A stretch of DNA of 34,083 bases from Candidatus Hermodarchaeota archaeon (GCA_048885525.1 JBHLLP010000037.1:1-34083), one strand, 5' to 3'; positions 10,428 to 20,364 are shown, counted from the first letter of the stretch. Notes: generated from the sequence alone by a model not told the origin. A program made the numbers and translations.

Positions 10428-11423
10428 TTACTTCTCAAGTCCTAGCATTTTTATTATTAAATTTGCCATAGAATAAGGATCAAGTGATTTCTGAATGGCT
10501 TGATCAATATACTTCTCAATTTCTTTATCAGATTTAAGTAATTCTTCAACCTTTTGCGTTAATTTATGTTTTAAAATCTGCATAGTTTCATTAGTTATTC
10601 TATTTTTCATATAATTCGAAATAACACCTGATTCTTCTAAGAATGATTTATGCTTTTTTATTAATTCAAGAAGCTCGTTAAAATTCTCTCCAGTTTTAGA
10701 GTTTACTTTAGTAATTTCTGGTATCCATAGTTCTATCTTAGCATATTTTTTATGTATTTCATTTGAATCATACTTATAATTTTTTCTGAATTCTAACATT
10801 TGCTGTATTTCAGCAATTTTCTTATCTGCTCCTGGTAAATCCATTTTATTTACAACAAAGACATCTGTAATTTCCATGATACCCGATTTTATGGCCTGAA
10901 TATCATCTCCTAATCCTGGGACTAATAAGACGACAACTGTTTGTGCAGATTTAAAGATATCCACTTCAGATTGTCCAACGCCTACCGTCTCAACAATTAT
11001 TATGTCACATCCATAAGCATCAAGGATTTTAATTACATCTTCTGTAGCTCTTGCCAGCCCTCCAAGTTGACCCCTATTTGCCATACTTCTAATAAAAACG
11101 TTATTAAGTGAGAAATTTTGTTTCATACGGATCCTATCTCCTAAGAGAGCACCACCAGTCAAAGGAGACGTTGGATCGACGCAAATAATCCCTACTTTTT
11201 TCCCTTGATCAACATAGAATTTAGTTAATGTTGAAATAAACGTTGATTTACCTGTACCTGGTGCTCCTGTTATCCCTAAGATGTATGCATTACCTGTATG
11301 TTCATAAATAGAATTAACTATTTCTTCAGCAACATCAATATCATTCTCTACAAAAGTAATTAAACGTGCAGCAGCTCTAGGATTTCCTTTTAGTAATTCA
11401 GAAATAAAATTAGAATAATCCAT
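10428..11423 (-). CDS. meaB: Acyl-CoA mutase-associated GTPase MeaB/ArgK
   Basis: GITGAPGTGKST, VDPTSPLTGGALLGDRIRM, VETVGVGQSE, GDDIQAIKSGIME, NKMD. ATG 11423 lies just after the stop of the B12-binding subunit. Confidence 0.95.
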   Translation of the reverse strand: MDYSNFISELLKGNPRAAARLITFVENDIDVAEEIVNSIYEHTGNAYILGITGAPGTGKSTFISTLTKFYVDQGKKVGIICVDPTSPLTGGALLGDRIRMKQNFSLNNVFIRSMANRGQLGGLARATEDVIKILDAYGCDIIIVETVGVGQSEVDIFKSAQTVVVLLVPGLGDDIQAIKSGIMEITDVFVVNKMDLPGADKKIAEIQQMLEFRKNYKYDSNEIHKKYAKIELWIPEITKVNSKTGENFNELLELIKKHKSFLEESGVISNYMKNRITNETMQILKHKLTQKVEELLKSDKEIEKYIDQAIQKSLDPYSMANLIIKMLGLEK

Positions 11424-11430
11424 TCTATTA

Positions 11431-11832
11431 CTATCTTTCCAAGTTGTTTTTAACAAATTCGACTATCGTTTTAAGATCGGTCCCAGGACCATAAAATCCT
11501 TTTAACCCGTGTTTTTCTAAAAATATTTTATCTTCATCTGGTATAATCCCTCCCACAGCTACAAGAACATCATCTATGCCATGTTCCTTGAGTTTATCCA
11601 TGATTACAGGACATAATGCATTGTGTGCCCCAGATAACATACTTAACATTACAGCATCTGGATCTTCTTGAATAACAGTATTTACAACGTCATCTGGAGT
11701 TTGGTGTATTCCCGTATAAATAACTTCCATTCCAGCATCTCTTAATGCTCTCGCTAAAACTTTGGCTCCTCTGTCATGCCCGTCAAGCCCGGGCTTACAA
11801 ACCAGAACCTTTATTTTTCTTCCTTCAGTCAT
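11431..11832 (-). CDS. Cobalamin-binding small subunit of acyl-CoA mutase
   Basis: KPGLDGHDRGAKV (DxHxxG), SMLSGAH, VGGIIP. Confidence 0.95.
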   Translation of the reverse strand: MTEGRKIKVLVCKPGLDGHDRGAKVLARALRDAGMEVIYTGIHQTPDDVVNTVIQEDPDAVMLSMLSGAHNALCPVIMDKLKEHGIDDVLVAVGGIIPDEDKIFLEKHGLKGFYGPGTDLKTIVEFVKNNLER

Positions 11833-11932
11833 GTTCTATTTTTAATACAATAAATTTGTAAAATTAAATAATTAATATGTATTTTAAAATATTTGAATAA
11901 AATTATATTTTCTGTTCTAAATTTTAAAACAA

Positions 11933-12769
11933 TTGGTGATTAAAATTCCAATTTTTAAGTACGATGATATTGAAATTAATTATATTAAGGAAGGTATAGG
12001 AGAACCTCTAGTTTTAATTCAAGGTTCGAATACAAGATTAGAAGCGTGGAATTATCAAATAGACTTTTTCAAAGAAAGAATGACTATTATAGCTTTTGAT
12101 AATCGAGGTGCAGGAAAAAGCTCTCGACCAGATTATCCTTATACAATGGACATGTATGTTGAGGATACTAAAAACCTTCTCAATTACTTGAATATTAAAG
12201 AAAAAATACATCTCTGTGGAATTAGTTTGGGTGGAGAAATAGCTCAAGAATTTATTTTAAAATATCCTGAAAGAGTTAAAACGCTTATTTTAATAGCAAC
12301 GGAACCAAATGTGGATCCTACAAAATTCAGTCAAACAATTAAAGTATATCATGAGATGGACAAAATGAATTTTGACCAAAAATTCCAGTTAATTTTTCCG
12401 ATATTATATACTAATACATTTAAAAGAAAACTAAGAAAAGATGAAGAATTAATGGAAAAACTTAAAAAAGAAATGAACTTCATGTTTGCAATTGAATATG
12501 GACCTAAATTAAAGGATTTAATTAATCAATTTAAAGCATTAGCAGATTTCAATACAATCGATTCTTTACATAAAATTATTCAACCTACTTTAATCTTAGT
12601 AGGTTCTAAGGATATTAGAAATCCCCCTGAGAGATCTAAATTAATTCATGAAAAAATTTCGAATTCAAAATTAGAAATCCTTGAAAATTTGAAGCATGGT
12701 TTAACAATAGAAGCTCCAGAGATAGTTAATAATGCGATTTGGAATTTTATAAAAGAAAATCTTAGATGA
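11933..12769 (+). CDS. Alpha/beta hydrolase (PcaD/MenH-like family); true start may be ATT 11945
   Basis: FDNRGAGKS, GISLGG nucleophile elbow, PTLILVG..D, LKHG. Confidence 0.88.
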   Translation: MVIKIPIFKYDDIEINYIKEGIGEPLVLIQGSNTRLEAWNYQIDFFKERMTIIAFDNRGAGKSSRPDYPYTMDMYVEDTKNLLNYLNIKEKIHLCGISLGGEIAQEFILKYPERVKTLILIATEPNVDPTKFSQTIKVYHEMDKMNFDQKFQLIFPILYTNTFKRKLRKDEELMEKLKKEMNFMFAIEYGPKLKDLINQFKALADFNTIDSLHKIIQPTLILVGSKDIRNPPERSKLIHEKISNSKLEILENLKHGLTIEAPEIVNNAIWNFIKENLR

Positions 12770-12819
12770 AAAATGAATAGTAAATAATTCTCTTTTCATA
12801 AATATTTTTTATTCAGTCT

Positions 12820-14475
12820 TCAGAAAATTGAATCTTCATGATAAGTACCAAATACTTCTTTTAAAGCATTTATAATTTCTCCAATAGATGTATATTCTCT
12901 AACTGCATCTATAATAAAAGGCATTAGATTTTCTGTACCTCTAGCTGCTTCTTTAAGTCTTTCAAGTTTTTCCTGTACTTTTTCATTATTTCGTTCTTCT
13001 TTTAGTTTATTGAGTTTTCTAATTTGTTCTCTTGCGACTTCTTCATCAATTTTTAAAAGTGGAACTGAACATGGTTCTCTTTGCTCAAATTCATTTACAG
13101 CTACAATGGTTCTCTCTCTATTCTCGATTTCTTGCTGATATTTATAAGATGCATTAGCGATTTCTTTTTGAAAGAAATTTGCTTTTATTGCTGGTACGAC
13201 ACCTCCAAGATCTTCAATCCTTTTAAAATAATCTTCTGCTTCTTCTTCCATCTTATTGGTGAGCCATTCCACATAATAAGAACCTGCTAATGGATCAACG
13301 GTATCAGTTACGCCTGATTCATGGGCAATGATTTGTTGAGTTCTTAAAGCTATTTTTACAGCATTTTCCGTTGGAAGACATAAAGCTTCGTCAAATGAAT
13401 TAGTATGTAGAGACTGGGTTCCTCCAAGAACAGATGCTAATGCTTGTATTGTAACTCTAGCGATATTATTTTCGGGTTCTTGAGCAGCTAATGAAACACC
13501 TGCAGTTTGAGTATGAAAACGTAATCGCATTGATTCTGGCTTTTTTGCTCCATATCTATTTTTCATATGTCTAGCCCAAATCCGTCTAGCAGCTCGATAC
13601 TTACAAATTTCCTCGAAAAAATTATTATGAGAATTGAAGAAAAAGGACAAACGAGGCGCAAAATCATCAATATCTAAACCTCTTTCGAGAGCAGCTTCTA
13701 CATAAGCAAATCCATCTGCTAATGTAAATGCTAATTCTTGAACTGCTGTGGATCCAGCTTCCCTTATATGATATCCACTAATACTAATTGTATACCATTG
13801 AGGTACATGTTTAGTGCAATACTCAATTGTATCAACAATAATCCGCATAGAAGGTTCTGGAGGAAAAATCCATGATTTTTGGGCAATATATTCTTTTAAA
13901 ATATCATTTTGAATAGTTCCTCTTAATTGGTCTGGAGTATGCCCTTGCTTTTCAGCAGTCACAATATATAGAGCCAACAGTATTGAAGCAGGACCATTTA
14001 TAGTCATAGAAGTACTTATTTTTGAAAGATCTATACCGTCAAATAAGATTTCCATATCTTTTAGAGAGTCTATTGCGACACCCTCTTTTCCAATTTCTCC
14101 TAAAGCTTTCGGATCGGTTGCTTCAATTCCATAAATAGTATGTAAGCTGAAAGCAACACTTAATCCAGTATTACCATGATCAATTAAAAATTTATATCTT
14201 TCATTAGTTTGTTCTGCATTTCCAAATCCTGCGAATTGACGCATTGTCCATAATTGACCTCTGTACATGTTTGGATATGCCCCTCGAGTAAATGGATATT
14301 GTCCTGGAAATCCTAAATCAAGAGCATAACTAAAATCTTTGATATCATTAGGAGTATATAATCTTTTAATTTCAATTTCAGATAAATTCCTGAAACTTTG
14401 TTTTCTTTCTTTTTTTAATGAAATGGAATTCTCCCATTCTTCCATTTCCTGTTTAATTTTATCATATTCAGTCAT
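12820..14475 (-). CDS. B12-dependent acyl-CoA mutase large subunit (methylmalonyl-CoA mutase family; isobutyryl-CoA-mutase-like specificity residues)
   Basis: PGQYPFTRG, WTMRQFAGFG, GTIQNDILKEYIAQ, SISGYHIREAG, RFHTQTAG, GGTQSLHTNSFDEA. Confidence 0.95.
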   Translation of the reverse strand: MTEYDKIKQEMEEWENSISLKKERKQSFRNLSEIEIKRLYTPNDIKDFSYALDLGFPGQYPFTRGAYPNMYRGQLWTMRQFAGFGNAEQTNERYKFLIDHGNTGLSVAFSLHTIYGIEATDPKALGEIGKEGVAIDSLKDMEILFDGIDLSKISTSMTINGPASILLALYIVTAEKQGHTPDQLRGTIQNDILKEYIAQKSWIFPPEPSMRIIVDTIEYCTKHVPQWYTISISGYHIREAGSTAVQELAFTLADGFAYVEAALERGLDIDDFAPRLSFFFNSHNNFFEEICKYRAARRIWARHMKNRYGAKKPESMRLRFHTQTAGVSLAAQEPENNIARVTIQALASVLGGTQSLHTNSFDEALCLPTENAVKIALRTQQIIAHESGVTDTVDPLAGSYYVEWLTNKMEEEAEDYFKRIEDLGGVVPAIKANFFQKEIANASYKYQQEIENRERTIVAVNEFEQREPCSVPLLKIDEEVAREQIRKLNKLKEERNNEKVQEKLERLKEAARGTENLMPFIIDAVREYTSIGEIINALKEVFGTYHEDSIF

Positions 14476-14637
14476 AAAAATTATCTCTTAAAGGTTAACT
14501 TGGAGCTTTAATTTACTAATCTATGAATGTTTATTCTTCAATTAGATAAGAGTTTAAAATTATTTTAACTTTATTTTATTCTTTTTAATGAAAATTATGA
14601 ATACTAAATTTGGAATTTTAAATAAAAAATAAAATGA

Positions 14638-15516
14638 TTAAGAACGAGAAATGATAAAATCAACAAGTTTTCCATAACTTTTAACGTTATCATAGCTTTT
14701 TGGAGCCTTTTCCTTGAAAAAGTCTTTGAAAACCTCCCAATTTTCCTTTTTTCCTAAAGGTGTTTCAGCTAGCACTTTTTTGACTTCTTGAAAATCATAA
14801 ACAAAAATTAGACCATCATCAATTCTATTGGCGTTCTCAGATAGGAGAAAAAGATAATAATCATTTAAATCCCAAGGATTTAAAACATGTTCTGGTTTAT
14901 TTCCATCTCCCGCTTTCTTTCCTCTTAATAATCTTGTGTCTATTTGTGTAGGTAATACCATAGTAAAATTGATATTCTCTCTTTTATATTCTGTTGCCAT
15001 TGCTTTTTGCATTCCTACGACCGCATATTTAGTTGCAACATACGCAGTAAGCTTTGGTGGTGCATGGGGGTAAGCCTCGCTTCCAGTGATTATAAACCTT
15101 GCTTTATCATTCTTATCATCTTTTTTCATGTATGGATAAGCCGCTTTGAATGTATAGAATACTCCAAGCACATTAACATTTAAAATTTCTGCAAATTTTT
15201 CGTTTATAAACTCATGAGTACTCCACATTCGAGAATAACCTGCATTTGCAATTACGCCGTTAAGTAACCCTAATTCATCATGAAAAGTCATAAAAGCTTC
15301 CATAACTTCTTGGAAGTTTGTGATATCCGCAATTTTGACGATAACTTTTACTCCAGTCCCTAAATTTTCTATTTCTTTCTTAGTAGTATTTAATTCTTCA
15401 ATTGTTCTTGAAGTTAATCCAACATTTGCTCCCTCTTTTGCACAGGCTATTGCTATAGCCTTCCCTGCACCTCTACCAGAGCCTGTGATTACAACATTTT
15501 TTCCTTTTAATAACAT
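14638..15516 (-). CDS. Short-chain dehydrogenase/reductase
   Basis: ITGSGRGAG, ANAG and YVATK (YxxxK). Confidence 0.92.
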   Translation of the reverse strand: MLLKGKNVVITGSGRGAGKAIAIACAKEGANVGLTSRTIEELNTTKKEIENLGTGVKVIVKIADITNFQEVMEAFMTFHDELGLLNGVIANAGYSRMWSTHEFINEKFAEILNVNVLGVFYTFKAAYPYMKKDDKNDKARFIITGSEAYPHAPPKLTAYVATKYAVVGMQKAMATEYKRENINFTMVLPTQIDTRLLRGKKAGDGNKPEHVLNPWDLNDYYLFLLSENANRIDDGLIFVYDFQEVKKVLAETPLGKKENWEVFKDFFKEKAPKSYDNVKSYGKLVDFIISRS

Positions 15517-15580
15517 AATACAAATAAATAATGTGAGTTAAGATATTAATTTTATAAAAAAGCATTACTTATTTTAAATT

Positions 15581-16720
15581 TTAAGATGCTCTATATGCTT
15601 CCTTAATTGAAGAGCAACCTCCACATCTCACACAACCTGCTTTGTTCTCTAAAGGATTAACACCATATTGTTTCATTAATTTCGCACTTTCTCTATAAAT
15701 TTCTATTAAGTCATGATAATTTGTAATAGGTAAATTCTTTTTTCCTGGTATCGATCTTACCGGTGTTATGTATGGAATAACTCCAATTGATATAATATTT
15801 TCAACATCCTTTAGAAATCCGGATTTTGATTCCCCAAATCCAGTTAAAATGTAACTACTAACTTGGTTTTTACCAAAGATATCTATTGCATGCTTCCAAT
15901 TTCTCTCAAATGTATTATAGGATAAGTGAAATTTTCCGGGTGTAATATCCCTTCTTAATGATTCATTCAATAATTCAATATGAATACCAATAGTGTCTGC
16001 ACCTGCTTCTTTTAGTTTAGTAAGATATTCTAAATCTTCTAAAGCTTCTATTTGAACATGAATAGGAATATCTGGATGATTCTTTTTTACTCCTCTTAGT
16101 AATTCGATATACCTGTTTGCACCTTTGTCAATTGTTTCATCCGTTCCACTAGTTAAAGTCATGTGATTACATCTTCCCTCTTTTTTGGCAGCGGTAATAA
16201 CTTCTGACATCTGTTCAGCAGTTTTTTCTTCTATTGTCGCATCATTTTGTAAACTCACTTCAATACCACAAAAAGTACATGCCTCTCCACATGCCCAATA
16301 TACACATTTTTGATATATTGTACTTGCTAGACAGTCTATTCCATGAACCAGAGCTATTTTTTTCATTGGAATTCCATCTGAAGTTTTAAATTCGGGATTG
16401 TAGAATAGTGGATTTTGAATTAATTTTAACCTTCCAAAGCTACTTTTAGTTTTCTCATTAAAAATCTCGAAGTAAACATCTTTATTCTCTTTTAAGAATA
16501 ACTCAGTTCTGTTGGGATTATTCCAGAGTGCGACATTTACTAAAGTAAGTTCATCTTCTAATAGGAAATATCGTCCTCCAGATGGTCCAGCTCCACCTTT
16601 TCGTCCAAAATCAATTTCAATTCCTTGTTCTTTATATTGTGGAATAAGTTCACTATCTAAATATACTCCTTTACACAATAGTTCCGTTTTTTGATTAAAC
16701 GCTGTTTTAATATCGATCAT
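15581..16720 (-). CDS. Radical SAM protein, resembling the MSMEG_0568 family
   Basis: CVYWACGEACTFC (CxxxCxxC), N-terminal GRKGGAGPSG, IALVHG.DCLAST, C-terminal AGCVRCGGCS. Confidence 0.85.
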   Translation of the reverse strand: MIDIKTAFNQKTELLCKGVYLDSELIPQYKEQGIEIDFGRKGGAGPSGGRYFLLEDELTLVNVALWNNPNRTELFLKENKDVYFEIFNEKTKSSFGRLKLIQNPLFYNPEFKTSDGIPMKKIALVHGIDCLASTIYQKCVYWACGEACTFCGIEVSLQNDATIEEKTAEQMSEVITAAKKEGRCNHMTLTSGTDETIDKGANRYIELLRGVKKNHPDIPIHVQIEALEDLEYLTKLKEAGADTIGIHIELLNESLRRDITPGKFHLSYNTFERNWKHAIDIFGKNQVSSYILTGFGESKSGFLKDVENIISIGVIPYITPVRSIPGKKNLPITNYHDLIEIYRESAKLMKQYGVNPLENKAGCVRCGGCSSIKEAYRAS

Positions 16721-16914
16721 TATTCCCTAAAAAAATAGGCAAGCTATAGTTGATTATTTAGTTTTTATAATATAGTTATTCTCAATGAAATCTAAAATTA
16801 GCCCTTATTTAATTTTGAGTGTTATTTAAAATAAAATGTACTTCATAAATTTTATTAATAACCTTAAACAATCTCTTTTTAAATTATATAAAGAAAATCA
16901 AATAGTGTATAATT

Positions 16915-17328
16915 ATGCCAAAAGTAGAAAGAACAATAGATATTGCAGCATCTCAAGACATAGTCTGGCAAATTATTGATAATGATGATGATTATCCTAG
17001 ATGGAATATCGTTGTAAATGAGGTCACTAAACTTGGTGAAGGAAATTACTTTTTCAAAACTAATGTTGGTGATATTACATCTACTCGAGTAGAAACAAAA
17101 GCACCTAATAGCTTTTATGCTACTCAAGAAGGAAGTCCAATGACAAGTTTAGGATATATTTTAAAACCCAAGGGAGATGCTGTGGTGGCCACAATCTGGG
17201 CAGAATTTGATGACGCAAGTCAAGAGCCGGTGTTAGGAATTGCTGGAGAAATGCTCCTGAAAAGTTTAAAAAAGTACGCTGAATTCCTCGAATCTGGAGG
17301 AAATCCCGAAGAATTCTCGAAAAAATAA
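16915..17328 (+). CDS. SRPBCC / polyketide cyclase-like protein
   Basis: VERTIDIAAS.DIVW.II.....YPRW start and a C-terminal helix ending LKSLKKYAE. Confidence 0.8.
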   Translation: MPKVERTIDIAASQDIVWQIIDNDDDYPRWNIVVNEVTKLGEGNYFFKTNVGDITSTRVETKAPNSFYATQEGSPMTSLGYILKPKGDAVVATIWAEFDDASQEPVLGIAGEMLLKSLKKYAEFLESGGNPEEFSKK

Positions 17329-17454
17329 TAACATTTTTTTTTAAATTTTTTATTCTTATTTTACAAAAATATCAAGAAAAACTTCTTTAAACTCTATACA
17401 ATTATAAAGAAAGTTTTCTTACTATTTTATCAAAAATTCTTTTTGGGTTTAATC

Positions 17455-19578
17455 ATGAAAAAAAATAATAAAAATTTAATTATAGCTTTAACAATTCTTT
17501 TGTCATTTAACCTATATCTATTTGCTACTAATATTGATTTAAATGAACAAAACAACAATGAAATAATTAAAACAAAGCCACATAACTCTATTATAGTTGG
17601 AAGCTATACAGTTCCAGGTATTTCAGGGCCAATATCAATAAATGAAGTACTTAAAATCGGAATTCTTTGTGATTTATATCATCTTACTGGTGATCAAATT
17701 TGGAATGGAGCATTATTAGCTGCAAAAGAAATTAATGAAGTGGGTGGAGTTTTAATTAATTCTTCTACTTATTACATCGGGTTAGTGGCAGAAGATACTG
17801 ATGAAATGAGCGGTACTCTGGATATTGCTTATACTATATATGCAGCCACACAATTGCTTACTTATAATCCAGATTTTGTTCTTGGTGGAACACGCACAGA
17901 AGCATTATTGGCATATCAAGAAGTTATAATGGATGCACAAATACCCTTTTTATGTACTGGATGTGCGGATGATGTTTTTTGTGAAAATGTTATAACATAT
18001 TATGCTAGATATAAATATTTTTTCAGAGTAATGCCTATCAATGGAACATCATTAGCCAAGGAATTATTCTCCTATACTCTATATCTTGTTAATTATCTAA
18101 ATTCCACCTATGGTGCACCAACTCTTAATATAGGTATTATTCACGAAGATCTACCTTGGAGCTTCCCATTAACAAATGCTTTAGAGACCTATTTGCCAAT
18201 ATTAAATCCAAGTATAAATATAGTAGGTAATATTCCAGTTCCAATTACAGTAACTGCATCTCAAATGAATAGTTTCCTAAATGCACTTGATGCTGCTAAT
18301 GCACAAGTAGTAATTCCACTATTCTCCTCTCCAATAGGAATTCTGATGAGCCAAGAATATGGCGTATTACAACCGGGATATCTCCTTGCTGGTATTAATA
18401 GTTTCTCCCAAATTGATACATTTTGGGATCAATCTTCGGGAGGTTGTCGTTATGAGATAATTATGGACACTATACATAACACTCCAATAACTTCATTAAC
18501 ATTACCATTTTGGAATGATTACATTTGGGAATATGGCATAGAACCTTACTATACTGGAGTAGGCTCTTACAACGCTATTAAGTTATTAGAAAACGCGACT
18601 ATTGAAACTCAATCTTTCAATTCTGATACAATTGTCACTCATTTAGAAACAATTAATATATCTAACTATTTCCCAGGGGTTTCTGGTAATCTTGCATTTA
18701 CACCCTCACATGATTTAGTTGAAGGTTGGCCTTTTGCTACTGCTTTATTCGCTCAATGGCAAATGGATGGAAAAAAAGTAGTAGTCTCCTCGGGAGGAAC
18801 AATTTATCCAGATTATCTCGCAACAGGGACCCTTACCATTCCACATTGGGGTATTAATAACCTTGTGGCAAGTTATTCTCATTTATTACCTGGAGATTTT
18901 ATTTTAGACAGCGATGCTGACGATCCAGATCCTAATGGCACTTTTAATCTTAATTGGACTAATTCTAATGGAGCAGATAATTATTCTCTTTATATGGCTT
19001 ACGAACCAATTACTTATGTAAGTAAAATATATACTGAACTAGCTAAACAAAACGCAATTTCACCATTTCCGGTTTCTGGATTGTTTATTGGAGATTATTA
19101 TTTTGTATGTGTGGCTTATAACGAAACAGGTCAGAAGTTTTCTAATATCCTCCATGTAGTAGTTCAATTACCATCATATCCTCCCGGAAATTTTACACTG
19201 TCTAGTGATGCTGACGATCCAGATCCTAACGGTAATTATCATCTTATTTGGACACCCGCTGAGGGTGCAGACAGTTACTCCGTATATGCATCTGTAAATT
19301 ATATAACAGAAATAGGTTTAGGTGTTGTGAATCTTGCATATCGTACTGCTGTCTCTCCATATCCAATTTCGGTTTTCTCAAGTGGAGATTATTATTATGT
19401 AGTTGTCGCCCACAACCTAACAGGTACAACTTTATCAAATTGCGTTCGAATTACTGTACTTCTGGCAGGTGAGCCAGTTCCAGAAATTCCAGGTTATAAT
19501 TGGGTACTCCTTTATGGTCTTGCTTCACTCATTTCATTAATATTAATTAATAAATATAACAGAAGACTCAAAAATTAA
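17455..19578 (+). CDS. Secreted branched-chain-amino-acid-type (type I PBP) solute-binding protein with two beta-sandwich stalk repeats and a C-terminal IPGY-TM-basic anchor
   Basis: Signal peptide MKKNNKNLIIAL..., LKIGIL...GALLAAKEINEVGGV, YKYFFRV, GVSGNLAF; tail EIPGYN-hydrophobic-KYNRRLKN. Confidence 0.85.
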   Translation: MKKNNKNLIIALTILLSFNLYLFATNIDLNEQNNNEIIKTKPHNSIIVGSYTVPGISGPISINEVLKIGILCDLYHLTGDQIWNGALLAAKEINEVGGVLINSSTYYIGLVAEDTDEMSGTLDIAYTIYAATQLLTYNPDFVLGGTRTEALLAYQEVIMDAQIPFLCTGCADDVFCENVITYYARYKYFFRVMPINGTSLAKELFSYTLYLVNYLNSTYGAPTLNIGIIHEDLPWSFPLTNALETYLPILNPSINIVGNIPVPITVTASQMNSFLNALDAANAQVVIPLFSSPIGILMSQEYGVLQPGYLLAGINSFSQIDTFWDQSSGGCRYEIIMDTIHNTPITSLTLPFWNDYIWEYGIEPYYTGVGSYNAIKLLENATIETQSFNSDTIVTHLETINISNYFPGVSGNLAFTPSHDLVEGWPFATALFAQWQMDGKKVVVSSGGTIYPDYLATGTLTIPHWGINNLVASYSHLLPGDFILDSDADDPDPNGTFNLNWTNSNGADNYSLYMAYEPITYVSKIYTELAKQNAISPFPVSGLFIGDYYFVCVAYNETGQKFSNILHVVVQLPSYPPGNFTLSSDADDPDPNGNYHLIWTPAEGADSYSVYASVNYITEIGLGVVNLAYRTAVSPYPISVFSSGDYYYVVVAHNLTGTTLSNCVRITVLLAGEPVPEIPGYNWVLLYGLASLISLILINKYNRRLKN
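18889..19458 (+). repeat. Two tandem ~98-aa Fn3/Ig-like domain repeats inside the binding protein
   Basis: PGDFILDSDADDPDPNGTFNLNWT.. versus PGNFTLSSDADDPDPNGNYHLIWT..; identical 23-nt GATGCTGACGATCCAGATCCTAA at 18913 and 19207 (294 nt apart). Confidence 0.85.
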
Positions 19579-19605
19579 TAATTTCCTTTTTTTTTATTTA
19601 TACTT

Positions 19606-20214
19606 TTAATCTTTTAAAATTGCTAAAACAATTTTAGATAAGAATTTTAATAGTTCCTCATCAGAACTAAAACCATAAGTATCATAAGTATATTTATGTA
19701 TTATTGCTTGAGTGATTACATACAATTGCTTTTCTTTCCCTTCAAGGCTAAGATTTTCTTCTGAGAATCTTTTGATCACTTGATTTATTTCTTTAATGAA
19801 AAAGTTCATCTCATCAGAAATTTCTTTTTCTAAATCCATTTCCTCCCTCAATTTGAGGTAATAGTCAAGGTTAGACAGCACTTCGCTTTCCCAAGCTGCC
19901 ATTGTAAGACGATATTTCTTATGGAGCTTAATAATCAAGGAGAAATAATAAATCATGGCTTCTTGGATTGTTGAGAAATCCATTCCCTCCCTAAATCCTA
20001 GTATTTCTGCCTCTTCCTTAAAATCTAAGGCTATCTCTCTTGTTAAGGCCAATAATATATCAATTTTACCTCTTGGAAAATGATAATATAAAGTTCCAAC
20101 GCTAATATCTGCTTTTTTTGCTATCTCAATAATGTTTGTATTCGCATAGCCATTTTTATCAACTAATTTATTAGCTGTCTGAAGTATAAGATCTCTTGCC
20201 CCGTATTTCTTCAT
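19606..20214 (-). CDS. TetR/AcrR family transcriptional regulator
   Basis: ILQTANKL...GY.NT.I.EIAKKADISVGTLYYHFP..K helix-turn-helix. Confidence 0.93.
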   Translation of the reverse strand: MKKYGARDLILQTANKLVDKNGYANTNIIEIAKKADISVGTLYYHFPRGKIDILLALTREIALDFKEEAEILGFREGMDFSTIQEAMIYYFSLIIKLHKKYRLTMAAWESEVLSNLDYYLKLREEMDLEKEISDEMNFFIKEINQVIKRFSEENLSLEGKEKQLYVITQAIIHKYTYDTYGFSSDEELLKFLSKIVLAILKD

Positions 20215-20281
20215 GATTTGTTTTTTGTGGTAATATTACACTTATTTAAGTATTATATGGTAATTTAATATTATAAATATT

Positions 20282-20301
20282 TCGAATCGAATTCGATTCG
20301 A
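20282..20301. promoter_or_regulatory. Perfect 20-bp palindrome, probable TetR operator between divergent promoters
   Basis: TCGAATCGAATTCGATTCGA equals its own reverse complement. It sits between tetR and the ICMT-family gene, flanked by TATA-like TTATAAATA and TTTAAATA. Confidence 0.75.
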
Positions 20302-20364
20302 TAGATTTAAATATGGTTTTAACTTTACTATCATCATAAATTACTTAATCATAGTGTGATTTTA

